Origin: Lama glama
Lineage: Eukaryota
NCBI GenBank assembly: GCA_028534125.1
Contig: CM052817.1
Coordinates: forward strand, 88,166,001 to 88,230,000
Length of the DNA stretch: 64,000 nt
Direction: 5' to 3'
Part shown: in pieces, positions 52,124 to 64,000 of the stretch
Numbering within the stretch: the first letter of the stretch is position 1
How the letters are laid out: every line of letters starts with the position of its first letter
The notes under the pieces: model-generated
Seen by the model: only the letters and a program-made list of their open reading frames with translations
Database searches by the model: none
Told to the model about the DNA's origin: nothing
Made by a program: the position numbers and the translations under genes

Positions 52124-52232
52124 TGTGTCTCAATATCTGAGTCCAAATCCTGCTCTCTTTTCCTGGTTTTGCTAAAAGTGAGGCATATAAATATGAGCAA
52201 CTTATATATATATATTATATATATATATATAT

Positions 52233-52269
<37 letters not shown>
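52085..52269. repeat. (GT)n, (TA)n and (CA)n microsatellite cluster within the ERV internal region
   Basis: GT run ~52085-52122, TA run ~52204-52234, CA run ~52235-52269. Confidence 0.95.
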
Positions 52270-52273
<4 letters not shown>

Positions 52274-54651
52274 TATTTGTTTATTACTGTTTTTTCTTTA
52301 AATTCAAGTGGATATCTGGGCTTTAAAAAAAAAAATTCCTGAAAATAGCCAAGATGGTTGAGTTTTGTAAAAGCAGTTAGAGGAATAATTTGCATTTCTC
52401 TTCCTGTCTCATTGAGATGTAAATGATCTACCTGTGTTCTTAAGGAAAAAAAAGAAGGAAAAAAAGAGATTTTTTTAAACCCCAGTGGAAAAACTGAGAA
52501 CTCTGGTTCTGTCTTTATGAAAACATTAACTGGTGAATGAGCTCTATTTACCTGACTTAAAAGTAAGTGCTTACAAGTTAAATACTTCTGAGTATAAGAG
52601 AAGCTAGACAGAACAAATTTTAGGTGCATGTGATCTAGAAAATATTTAATATTGAAGTGATAGCTGATATTAAAGCTAGCTTAAGCTTGTTGGTCTAATC
52701 AATACAGACATGTCTTTATTGTCCCTAGATTTACTGAAGGTCAATAAGTTCATGTTTCTGTTGAAGAATTTGTCAGCAGAAATAAAAAAAATAACTTGTA
52801 TGATGAAATTCTTACAGGTGAATTAAATGCAAATAAGATAAGAGCTTTTGAGTGAACGTTTTAGAAATAGTTAGGTTTTAGAAACGTCTATTTAAAATAA
52901 TCTCTCCAAGATATTTAGTAGCTTGAAATTTTAGCTGTGCTAAATTAAAGACAGAAGTTTATTGAATAGTTGAATAAGTGATTCCCACATAAAATTAGAT
53001 ATGGAAACATTCACTGGAAATTAAGATTTTTAAGAGTTGAGGATTCTAATTTAAATACACAGGTAAAGCTACTGAAAATAATAGGGGAAATATTTCAGTG
53101 TACAGTGGGAAAGTAACGCATATGTTTTGAGTAAAAAGGTATGAGGCATGGAATCACATTTTGTTAAGGGAAAGAAAGTGATTTGGCCCTAGAACTGGTT
53201 GTTTCTAGATGGGGAAAAAAATAAGGGACAAATAACAGATACAGAAAGTTGTGGAAAGTATGCAGAAAAGAGAGCCCTAAAAAAGGAGTTCTGTGCATTC
53301 GATTAAACTTAATTAGGTAAATGGATTTGCTATTAACAGTAGGCTGGTGCAGGACTAGATTTTGTTTCTCTCTGTTAGGAGAACAAGTTTACTTACAATG
53401 CTTCTGATAACAGATTGTGTGAAACTGATATTTTTGACAAACTTTCTACCAAATTCTGATTAAAGTCCTTTTGACTTCAGCTAAGTTAAGGATGCTTCAG
53501 AGGGCCCCTGAGGCATCTCAGAGAAAACTATTAAACTAGGATTGGTTAGTATGTCAAATTACATGGGAAGCTTTGTTAAATGAGTGGTAAGCCTATTCAG
53601 ATTCTACAGTATGGATACATGTTATTAATATAGATGTTCTAGACATTATATAAAGTTTCTGAAATTTAGATATGAGTTGGTATAATGCTATCAGTCATAA
53701 CTATAGTTATTCTAGTTATCTTAGAATGTTGTATGTCACAGCAACTTGATTAAGCTTTTTTGTCAAAAACATTGTAATCAGATCTTTCACCTTGTCTTTT
53801 AAAGTCTTTTGTCATTCATAGACAGTTAAGCTGATACTTTTCAAAACTACTTCATCTCCAAAAAGATTCATAGAAGGAACTTTTTGACAAGTACAGTGCT
53901 TTTTTTTTTTTTTAAGTGATAATGCTGAGTTGGGTAAAATATTTAAAAAGTCTAATGAAAACTCTGATTTCATAAAACTTTTAGTAAAAAGAATTAATTG
54001 TACAGGATTGAGTGAACTGATGAATACAGTTGTAATTTTTTTTTTGGTTTTGTCTGAACTATTACTGGCATTTAATCTATGTTTTTTAGTTGAACTATTT
54101 ATCAAATGTTTGTCTCCCTCTTAATACTTCTCCCATTGTTCAGGATAGAAAGAGAATTCTCTAAGGGGATTGTCACAGAATATAACTACTCATGTTGTAT
54201 AACAATGCCTACTTTAAATCTATTGCTAAAAGCACATGTACAAGCTTGTGTAACAATTGGGTATAAGTGATAGAATGTATGACCTATGAAGTATTTCCCC
54301 ATTAACACGCTTCTGAACCTGTCATAGTATCTGATTACTTTTTCCTCAACATATATATATATAAATATACATATAAAGGCAAATATAAAGCACCTAGCGA
54401 CATGATCTGAACCTTGGCAGGAGCTACCAGCCCAGCATCTAGGGACAGACGTTTTGACAATCAGTGCTTTCTCTTGAAAGATTTGTGATCAAAAGGAAAA
54501 ATGATGGAAAAATCTGCACATATTGATGTATGGGGTAGTCATTCTGGCTTATGCATTTCTTGCCTTAAACTTTACTGACCACAAAGTGGCCTGTTTTCTG
54601 GCCTTTTAGACATGCATTGTACATCTGCTGTGGCCCTGAGGAGAATGCATT

Positions 54652-55110
54652 TGTTGACTGAAATAAATGAACAGCCTAAAAGTTGAAGAGTTATGTTTTA
54701 TTTGGCGGGAGGATCGAGACAGGATGACAGCCTCTCAGATCACTGTGAGGGACTGAGCCAAAGAGAGGGGGGAGGAGCTAGGATATATAGGAATTTTACA
54801 ACAAAGATCAGGTAATCAGAATATTAAAAGATTATTTGTTAACTGAAGAAAGCAAGACATCTCAAGTTAAAGAATTTAGCGCTATTCTATGTATGGGAGG
54901 GAGCAAACATTTGGGCTTATTGAAATCATTCCTTCGACAAGCATCTAGCTATCTAGGGCCAGCATCTTGTCCTTTCTTATTTTAGGCCCCCTCAGGCTGC
55001 AGAGGCCGAGTTGCAGGCTTATCTTCACTGTGGTGGTGGTGGCAGTGGCTGATGACTTGATGGCTTCAGCATTCTTTAACGGATATGGCTTGCAGTAGTT
55101 TTCTTTCACA
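54652..55110 (-). mobile_element. Younger ERV1 solo LTR nested antisense inside the provirus
   Basis: TGTTGAC...TTTCACA ends, 4-bp TSD CATT (54648-54651 / 55111-55114), minus-strand AATAAA near 54700 and TATA-like CCTATATATCC at 54781-54791. Confidence 0.88.
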
Positions 55111-55319
55111 CATTCGAAAGTCAAAATGGAGTAGCTGTGGTTCAGACATCTAAGGTAAAACTAGGTGGCCATTGTGGACATGATTTCAGACACATTTCTG
55201 TATTAATTTGAACTCGAATTTTCTGAGCTGTGTCATACTTGGGACACCACCAGCCATTCTCAAAGCAGTGTTTCCCAGCTGATGGCAGCTGCAAACTTAT
55301 GACCTCAGCGTCTCCTCTT

Positions 55320-55490
55320 GTAGCTATTAAATTTTTAGACAATAAAATTGCTTTAGATCAGATGTTAGCAGAAAAAATGTAGACAAGTTTAATAGCCGGT
55401 AGCTCTTCTTGAATATGCATTACTACCACATCAAAAGTTAAAACCTACTCAGATAAGAGTAGACAACTGGCTATCTGGCTACAAGTCTCC
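55320..55490 (+). pseudogene. env TM relic including the immunosuppressive domain
   Basis: In-frame VAIKFLDNKIALDQMLAEKM*TSLIAGSSS*ICITTTSKVKTYSDKSRQLAIWLQVS vs typical LDNRIALDYLLAEQGGVCAIANTSCCTWINTSGEVET...ATWLQ. Confidence 0.8.
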
Positions 55491-55713
55491 CTCAAAGTGC
55501 CAGGTCCAGACCATACAAGACTTGGATCCAGGGTCAGAACACAGGAATATTTCCAGTGTAGTGTCCCAAACAGAGGTAGGACTCTGTCCTGTTTCAGCAG
55601 GAAGTAGCCAGAGTGGACAATACCCTAATCCCTGAAAGATTTGGGAAAGGATGAAATAGGATTGGAGATTAAAACCAAGTTCCTCTGCCATTTATGATCA
55701 GGAGAATCAAAAG

Positions 55714-56015
55714 GAAGAAATTAGTTACTTGATCATGAGTACGTAGCCCCCAGAACTTCTGGCACCTAAGGACTGATCACCATCAACCACTCAGAATTGT
55801 GCACAGCTGATCACATACCCTGAGCTGCCCCTCCCTTATCTGGCCTTTAAAAAAGTCTCAACTGGAGACTTTCAGGGAGGTTTCTGGGTTTAGGGGCATG
55901 AGACACTTGTTCTCCTTCTTGGCCCTTCAACAAACCTTTCTCTGCTCCAAATGAATCATTTCAGTATTGTTCAGCCTCACTGTGAGACGTGAACAGGAAC
56001 ATACATTTGGTAACA
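55714..56015 (+). repeat. 3' LTR of the ERV1 provirus, lacking the first ~150 bp
   Basis: Aligns to the 5' LTR from 50798 onward (gaagaaatta...agaattgtgcacagctgatcaca...ctttctctgctccaaat...tggtaaca). Confidence 0.88.
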
Positions 56016-56430
56016 GTGTGGAAGTTCTCTTCTGATCACTTCCATTTTCTCAATGAAGTAGGAAGCCGATTCATTGGATAAGAGTGAGGGTGGGAGACAT
56101 TAAAATTTTAAGGAGGGAGAAGAAGGTACAAAGCAGCTGTCTAAAAGTGTGAGACGTAAACAAACAGAAAATGCAGCGGCATTCGTTGTAGGAATAAGCA
56201 TCTCCCTGAGATGTTGCCAAGTAATTAAAAGTGACTGCAGTCAGCATGAATAAAGTGAAACCCAGTCAGGTGCAGAGAAGAAGGTAGGATTTAGTCAAAT
56301 TATTTTGTATTGTTTTTGTCTTTTTCCAGCAAAGTATGGTGAAGCCAGAGAGGAGCAAAGGAATTGAGGGTGGACCAATGAGTGATTATATTGAGAGGCT
56401 GGGATCTAATTAATTAAGAAAGGAAATGAG
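56016..56430 (-). mobile_element. L2 fragment, right part
   Basis: gtgtggaagttctcttctgatcacttccattttctcaatgaagtaggaagc...agagtgagggtgggag matches antisense L2a and continues the sequence left of 50646. Confidence 0.7.
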
Positions 56431-58581
56431 GACATCCCGGTTCTCCAGCTTGTGCTTTGACGTGCTGCTGTGGTCTTCTCAACACAGCTGCATGGAGTAA
56501 ACACCTAAAGTATCTCTCACCAAAACTCAAGATATTTTACAGGAGTTACATAATTGTAAGGAAATCCAAAAAATGTAGTTTGAAATATACTGTGCTTATA
56601 CGTATTTTCAAGAGAACCATATAACCTGATCCCAGAGAAGTTATAAAACCTGCAATTTGTTTATCAAACTGTAGAAAGTTTGTTGGATATATACAGTTGA
56701 TATTAAAGAAACTTTTATTAATAAATCTCTGAGCAAACAGATATCTCTTTCTGGAGGACTCAGAGACATTTCATCAACATTTTTCCCAACAAAAATTTGA
56801 TCTGTGACACCTACATCAAAAAGTTGTTCTATCTGGTTTGACATTTCTTTCACATTTCTGATATTCTCCTGTGTATCTGCACTTTCCTTATGTACAGAGA
56901 ACCTATTTTATTACAGTCTCTACTCAGATTCTCTCTTTGTTCCTTGCCTCTGTGGAGCTGAGTCAGGTTTAGAACATCTATCGACATCAAAGCAAACAGC
57001 ACTTGCCTAACTTCAAAAGCAGTCCTGAGTCTCAATCAATGGATACTAGAATCAGAGCAAAACATAAACAATAAGCAGGCATTTAATCATTTTTACACCA
57101 GATTTTGAGGCATTGTTTACGGCTACCTGAGATTATACTTTATTATTAGAATAGTTAGTAGGGTATCCCGAAAGATTTGTACAGGATCATTCCTCACTGT
57201 TAGCACTCTCCTGTCACCACCACAGAAGGTGGTGAAGAGTCTTTTCTCTCCTTTAATTCCCTCTGGTATGTGCTATTCATATGTTATCAAGCCATAGTCA
57301 TATGCAGAAGGTGGCAAGAGATATTTTGATATAACTCCATAGTTTACTGATTCCTGGTTAACTTGATATTATCAAAGTGATTTGAGTTGAAATGTTCTCA
57401 TTTGCATCTTTTAATACTACAGACTGATCCATAGTAAGTAATCTTCTAATTTGCTTGTCTGCAAATTCTATTTTGTTGACATTTGTCAGTTTCAGTTTGC
57501 TGATACATATGAGTATCTGCTTATTCTATGTTTCTTAATTACACTTAACATTTTTTTTTATGCCTCATTGCCTTAGCATGTTTTTGCTACTGTTCTGTTC
57601 AGTTCAGTGAATCTCTCTTAAATGATGTAAAATGCATCCTGGATGATTACATACTCTCTTCTAGATACTCCACCAACCCTCAGCAAATCAAAATACTCTC
57701 AGCCTTTCCATTTCTATAAATATCTTTTTCCCTCCCCACACTCACTAGCTAAATGACTTTTGCTTGTGCATCATGTTACTAATGCTCAGTTAATTAAGGG
57801 AGATAAAGGTTGGAAGATCAAAATTTATTAATTTTTCCTGCTATAGAGAATATTTTAATATATAATAAGGAATTAAAGATAGACTATGGCTTCAGAGCAG
57901 TGTTTACATTTACTAAAATAAGAATTTCCTATTTCCATAGGCTAAATTGAAAATAATATCAGCTAGAAATTAAATATTTAATCATTGTCTATTTTAAGTT
58001 TGATTAACAAATATATTTGTGTAATTGACTAGAAAGTAGATAATATGTGGAATTTCAACACACAATGCAGCTTTTCACCTTGTCTTGTTTGCTCATATCT
58101 AATATAAATTCCATCATTCTTATTGTTTGTGATTAAATTTAATAGCACAATAAAAGTTTATGAAAGGACCATCTCAAGCAAATATTTCATTGGATTTTTA
58201 ACCTCATCCATCAATTGTAGAAAACAAACACACACTGGTATTACTGCATCCTAGATAATCTTTTATTAGAAATAGAGTTATAAACCATCTACTACCTACT
58301 TAGGACACTGCATGAAAATATATTTGTTTTTTCTGTTGTAATAGTACTAAAGTACATGGTCATATGATTTGGTTACAATTGCATGTTTTTTTTAATTTGG
58401 GAAAGAATCATGAAGTAATGGGAAAATATTGGTTTGGAAAGAAATTTCTATTTCTATGAAAGCTGTTGTGATTTTTTTTCCTGAGTATTGTTTTTTTTCT
58501 TATATCCATATTCCTGACACAATAGGAAAGTTATAAAATGTCCCCATTTTATACAACCTGTTAGGCAGTGACTCCCCACTA

Positions 58582-59060
58582 TGTATTAACTTCCTATTGC
58601 TACTGTAACAAACTCTCACAAACTTAGTGGCTTAAAACAACACAAATTTGTCAGCTCCTGTAAGGTTAGAAGTCTGACACAGGTCATGCTAGGCTAAAAC
58701 CAAGGTGTCACCAGGGTTATGTTCTTTTCTGGAGGGACTGGAAACATTCTGTTTTCTTGCCTTTTCTAGCGCCGAGAGTCCACTACGTTCCTTGGCTCCC
58801 TTCTATGTTCAGTGTCAGCAAGGCTGCATCTCTCTGCCCATCTTTCCCTTGTCATGTGTCCCTCTGACCACAGCCAAAAATGTTAGCCTTTCAGGACCCA
58901 TGTGATTAAATTAAAACCACTTGAATAATGCAGGGCAATCTCCCTCCTTCATTTAAACATATCTGCAAAGGCAATTTTGCCATGTGCAATACCACACTCA
59001 CAGGTTTGGATGACTGAGATGTGAACGTCTTTGGTGGGCAACTTTTCCACCTACCCTACA
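58582..59060 (-). mobile_element. MLT1D-type MaLR solo LTR
   Basis: tgtattaacttcctattgctactgtaacaaa...aaacttagtggcttaaaacaacacaaattt...ggacccatgtgatt...atctgcaaagg...cctacc. Possible TSD CACTA/CACTG. Confidence 0.85.
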
Positions 59061-60019
59061 CTGTGTATGAGAAAGACATGCAGATGTCAGCAACAGATTT
59101 GCCAACAAATTAACAAAAAAGTTTCTAAATCATAATGAGTTATCTTAAGTGTATAATTAAAAAGAATTTAATGGATGATTATTTTATAATCAAATAAATC
59201 ATTTTATTTCTCAAGATGAAAAATGAATCAGGAACATGAATTACTTTCTGTGATAATATTAAAGGGAATATAATGGTCTTTTTTGTTTCTTTTTTCCTCC
59301 CCTCCTCCTTCCTTTTCTTTCTCTCCTTCTCTCTTTTCCTTCCTCCCTTTCTTTTTTCCTTATCCAGAAATAATAATACATTTGTGTTTTAAATATAAGG
59401 GGAAATATTGTTGTTTCATAATCAATTCATGACAATGTCTTAAAAACTTCATTAGTTTAACATAAATTTAGCTAATTTCAACTTTTTTTTCCTGAACGCA
59501 CATGATACTATCAAGTCTTATTTGTCCATCTGCCAAAGTGTGAAGATTTGTGTGTGTTAGGGTGATATATTTTAAACACATAGGCTGTACAGAATAGCCA
59601 AATTGCCATAAAACTGCTTTCTAGATATGTGTGTTTTAGCATGTCACATTGAGACCTGAAAGCTTCATTCTATCATGATTTAAACTGGCTTGAACAAAAT
59701 ATGTAGCTTTTATTCCCTGAAATATTATAAAATCACAATAGTTATTGAGAAAATCAGGGTCATGGGAGAAGTTTAGCTGTAAGAATTGACTGAATGATCT
59801 TTGATTATTGATCAGTTACAATCGGCTAGTTCAGTAGTTTCGTTCTTTCTTTGACATACCTTCTTTTCACTGTTCAACCATTCAGTTAATGAGGCAATGC
59901 AGTAATTTTGATGTAAGACAAACCCTGATTTGCTGCCAATAGTTCCCAACCTTGTGCAGTTTCACTGGCACAGTGTTAAGAACTTGACAGATGTACCCCC
60001 ATGTTGCTCCCTTAATTCT

Positions 60020-60185
60020 CCTATCACTTGTCATCACCTGGGAGAAGCATTTGCTCATTTCTGAGCACCACAGTAGCTTCCAAAGTCCATGAAGAAAGGC
60101 TATTTGTCTCTTTTGTTCACCACTGTATCCCTAGTGCCTATTGTTACTGGTATATTGTAGGTACTCAAAAAATATTTGATGAATT
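60020..60185 (+). mobile_element. L2 3' end
   Basis: aagtccatgaagaaaggctatttgtctcttttgttcaccactgtatccctagtgcct...gtaggtactcaaaaaatatttgatgaat. Confidence 0.75.
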
Positions 60186-61294
60186 AATACCTACATGCTT
60201 AAAGAAACAGAGACAATTTCTTCATCACACAAGTTTTAAGAGAGGTTATTGCAAAGACTATATCAACTTTGGTGCTGTTGCCTGAAAAAATAAATTTGCC
60301 TTTTGTGTCATGTGTTTAAAATGTGTTTGCAGAATGAACACTTCAATTAATAAGTGTTCTTCACATATTTTCTATGCAGCAATGATTTTGTTAACACAGT
60401 ACCTTGCACGTCAGTGCCTTATTGACTTTACACATGTATGCTCTCAAGCTACAGAATCCTCTGAATTCCAGTTACAAATATGCTTTCAAAAGTCCTTCAT
60501 AGGAAGCCAAATACTTTCTACTTGCTGGCAGTCTAATTTATCTTGTGTTTTATTCAATATAAGTAATTCCTATTGTTTCTCATAGATTTCCTACCACTTG
60601 CCAATAAATTACAAATCTATAAAGTCATGTTTATATCAACTTATATAATTGTATTAGTATGAGTTGATCCATGATTGCTATGAAATCAAGTATTGGATAT
60701 TAGGCACCAGGGATGTAATGATCATACAAAGTTTCTGCACTCAAATTTTCATTTTTAAAAAATAACCGTTCAACATAATGCACTTTTGACAGTTAAGACT
60801 AGCAAAAATAGCAATGCAGGTAACTGTATTTTAATGCAAATTAGATATGCATGTACAAAGATTCAACTTTCTGAAGTAAAAATCACACAGAATAGTCTTC
60901 ACAATGAAAATGAGTTGAAAATTTTAGCATTTTTTTGTGAAGGTAAAACAACAAATTTTAGCATAAACTTTCCTTTACTCAAACTTTGGGAAACTTACAT
61001 TGTACATATGGCACATACATATCTTAACATTAGATACTTCAACCACATAAAACTATTCAGTCTTGCCATATACTTTTCTTAACTTTTGTTGCCACATTGA
61101 CAGTATGTAAAAAATCAAATTTCTAATTTTATGTTTATTTCTTATAGCTATAACATGCCTGCTTCAACAACAAAAAAATATTTGATACTGAAAGCACTTC
61201 CCACTCCATCTCTAAGTAGTTTCATATAATTATTCTAAAGGCAAGATAAAGATTTTGAGATGACATGTGTGTTACATGTATATGTATTTGTATA

Positions 61295-61378
61295 TTCCCA
61301 TTGGAATTGCTAACTTAAAAATATGTCCTTAATGCTTTCCCATTGGAATTGCTAACTTAAAAAACTGTCCTTAATGCT
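61295..61378. repeat. 42-bp tandem duplication (2 copies)
   Basis: TTCCCATTGGAATTGCTAACTTAAAAATATGTCCTTAATGCT repeated with 2 substitutions. Confidence 0.95.
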
Positions 61379-61419
61379 TTCAGGTTTTTTAGAACCTTTT
61401 TTAGGTTTCTTATCTGCTT

Positions 61420-61980
61420 TTCAAAAGACAACCTTATGCTTTGGTTGCTTCCTGTCTCCTATTCCTTTTATCCCAAACTCCATCCACATACACATCTCAC
61501 TGATGGGTTACTTTATATGCCTTTGAGAAATTAAAATTCTTCATTTTTTCTCATTTTTCTATCATCAAATCTAATTACTGACATGCATCTACATAGACAT
61601 CTTTTTTCTCATTTCCCCTCTTGCCCAAAGTCCTTTCCCCACATGTGGACATTACCGTGCATGCCATCCCTTTTCACACTCTGAGGCACCCTGCTCTGGC
61701 CACTAGGCCTTGTTTCTTCTGCATCACCAGTGCCCACGATTTGTGAAATCATTCCTGACAGCATTCATATTTAATTTAATTCTGTCTCATAAGAAAATCT
61801 TTTTGTGACTACAAATTGTTCTCCAAATACTTTACCACTTCTCTTCACAAAATTTTCCAAAGGGTAAACCAGATATGCTGACTCCATATGCTCTGCTACA
61901 TTCACTACTCCACCCCCTGCAATTGTATTTATGCCTTAACAGCCAACTGATGCCCATCTTGCCATATTTGTCAACAGTAT
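61420..61980 (+). mobile_element. Degenerate L2 fragment
   Basis: Pyrimidine-rich L2-like sequence (gccatcccttttcacactctgaggcaccctgctc...cattcactactccaccccctgcaa). Confidence 0.4.
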
Positions 61981-62019
61981 TTCAAGTGCCATGTTTCATC
62001 AACACTTTTCTATACCCTT

Positions 62020-64000
62020 ATATGCCGATGGGCAAGTTGGAGAGGTTTGGGGCCTGCTGACTTGTATTAGCCAAACTAAATGGCATGTGGGCCTCAGCAT
62101 CTGTCATGTTCGGTTAAAACAATAGGTTATGGAAGCATTTGAGTCTCTGAATTACAATTCTAATGAAGGTGTCCAGCCTGATAATAATAAGACCAACAAT
62201 CAACAGGAGAATGTGCAGCTGCACCTGACGGATTCACTGTCTGATGTTGATTCTTTTCCTTGTATGTGTTATTACCAAAGAAGAACTGTCTAGTTTATTA
62301 TTATCAGATAAGATTTTATCTCTTTGATTGTGATCTTTTTTTTTTCTTCCTGAGTATTTGGTAATTCACAGTGTTGGAATGGCCCTGGAGTACTAATTTT
62401 AATTTTTGGAGGAAATCAGAGGGAGAACATAGATTAATTCACTGTACTTTTTACCTATACTCCCCACAGGGGGGTTCCATACCTGAAGGGCAGGTGCTAG
62501 GACCGTAGGACAATTTATGGTTAATGGATCTCAGGAAAGTGTTCCCCCTCCATCTGGCCTCTAGTCCTGTGGGATAGGAAAAGTCTCAAAAATCTATAAA
62601 GATAGGGGAGGCATTATTAACAGGCCTCATATATAATGAGTATTTATTTTTACATGGGGGTGAGATATACCCCACTTCAATATGAGAAAGAGAATTGGGA
62701 AATGTTTTGTTTTTTTTTTTAATTGGTATGATTTGGCCAAGGAGTCTCAAAATTAGAGAAATTAAAATGTTGGGCAAAATAGAGTCCCATTTAGGGGTTG
62801 ATTTGTCAGATGAGTTTAGAAAGGAGTTGTTTGAGGAGACAATTTGTTCCTAAATTAAACTGGCTGCCTGGAACTTATCAAGAAAATGTATGTTTTATTG
62901 AACGTCTTTCACTTCTTAAAATACAGCATGATATATTTTGAGATGCGAAGTGTGTGCCCTGTCACTGTCAGGAGTGTCTGAAGCTCCAAACGGAAACAAG
63001 TCAAAGCTGGTGAGGCCTTGTGTTGCAGCCTTGAAATACGTAGAGACGTGTGTGACCTCTATTTATATTTTGGATATCTGTGCGGAAAAAAAGACTTCCA
63101 GAATTCTTTCCTCTGCAGGAAACAAGTTTGTAAAAATGTTTGGATGTGGTCATTTGTTGGCCAAGGCATCTAGTGTAAACTGTCTTAAATTTAGCCAGTT
63201 GTGTTCACCCCAGGTTCTGCCTTTTATCAAGGACATCCTGCTTAAGGGGTGGAAAATAGTAACATTCTCCTGAGTTCCATGACGTATGATGGTGGCAATG
63301 CCATCTATAGGGTCTAAAAACTCTCCTTATTGCTCAGTTAATCAAGGTGCTCCCTAGGTAGCCATGGGTCTGGGGAAGGAGTGACCTTCTCTAGCATGAT
63401 GGCATCTGATGGGGACTGAGGACAGTGGAATATTCCACCCCTACAGGTGGAATATGGCAGACAGCCTGGAGTTAGGTCTATCTTGTTTCAAGAATGTCTT
63501 AGTAACTCCTTCGAGCTAATGGGTTGTTACTTTCATGATTCCAAAGCATAATCAGCATGTGGGGAAAGAGCGTCAATGGCTCAGAGTCTGTGAGAGCCTC
63601 TATTTTTAAAAGAGCCCAATAGATGGCTAGTTAATTGCTGCTCTAATGGTATGTGTACAACACAGGGCTAAGTAGGCAGGTCTCTGTATTGGAAGCCTTT
63701 TGTCAACTTGTGGCCATATCATACATGATCTATAGAGTCTAGGAGGCATAAGAGGTGGTTGCCAGAACTTTTACAGAGAAGGAATCTCCCAGGGAACTAA
63801 CAGGAGTGTCTGTTGATTTTAAAGTCAAAACGGGCTGATTTGGAAATAGCATCAGTAAGATTTAAGTAAAATTAGTAGATGAGAAATATGTTGCCTCTAG
63901 AAGCCAAAAAGGACTAAATAACTTTGTATTTGTAAGTCTTTAGTGAGTCAGACAAATCATTTTTGGAGAATGTCATTGATGTAATGTCATACCTTTGCTC
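62020..64000 (-). mobile_element. Class III ERV (ERVL/HERV-S-like) internal region: deleted pol (RT-RH-IN) plus possible env remnant; runs off the right edge
   Basis: Minus translation gives HYINDIL (63966-63986, YIDD-like), LFGF*RQHISHL (~63875-63915), LAIYWALLKIEALT (~63590-63630), IEVTHVS (RNase H), GTHFASQN (62935-62958) and NCLLKQLLSKL (~62812-62844). Confidence 0.8.

Larger units (their letters stand above)
50646..56015 (+). mobile_element. Non-autonomous ERV1 (MER4-group-like) provirus
   Basis: TG...CA termini, 4-bp TSD GTGT (50642-50645 / 56016-56019), two related LTRs, and gag and env relics. Confidence 0.9.

Noticed and set aside
51976..52629. 217-aa ORF
   Set aside because: Held open by GT/TA/CA microsatellites (VCVC, THTH runs).
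60336..60359. GAACACTT-8nt-AAGTGTTC hairpin
   Set aside because: Short stem with no further evidence of function.
61295..61378. Direct repeats as a CRISPR-like array
   Set aside because: Only two abutting copies, no spacers, and a eukaryotic context.
63425..63438. 14-bp palindrome GTGGAATATTCCAC
   Set aside because: Inside the decayed ERV pol; a likely local duplication or chance with no supporting context.

Overview
AT-rich, L1/LTR-dense mammalian non-coding DNA (gene desert or very large intron). A Vic-1-type tRNA-derived SINE at 1261-1413 points to a camelid genome. I find no intact host protein-coding gene, RNA gene or prokaryotic system; the ORFs with recognisable products are transposon or retroviral relics, and the rest look like chance ORFs. 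Most notable: (i) an old ERVL-type LTR at ~9.2-9.9 kb carrying a decayed APOA4-like coding fragment; (ii) a TSD-bounded mosaic ERV1 provirus at 50646-56015 inside an L2, with gag and env relics, an extra internal PPT+LTR-like segment, a nested solo LTR and a 5'-deleted 3' LTR; (iii) a compressed class-III (ERVL/HERV-S-like) pol relic with a possible env anchor at the right edge; (iv) a twin-primed L1 next to a micro-inversion in an older L1; (v) a nearly repeat-free block at ~30.3-36.0 kb with candidate enhancers. Family names come from recalled consensus sequences, not a database search. Boundaries are approximate unless TSDs are quoted.
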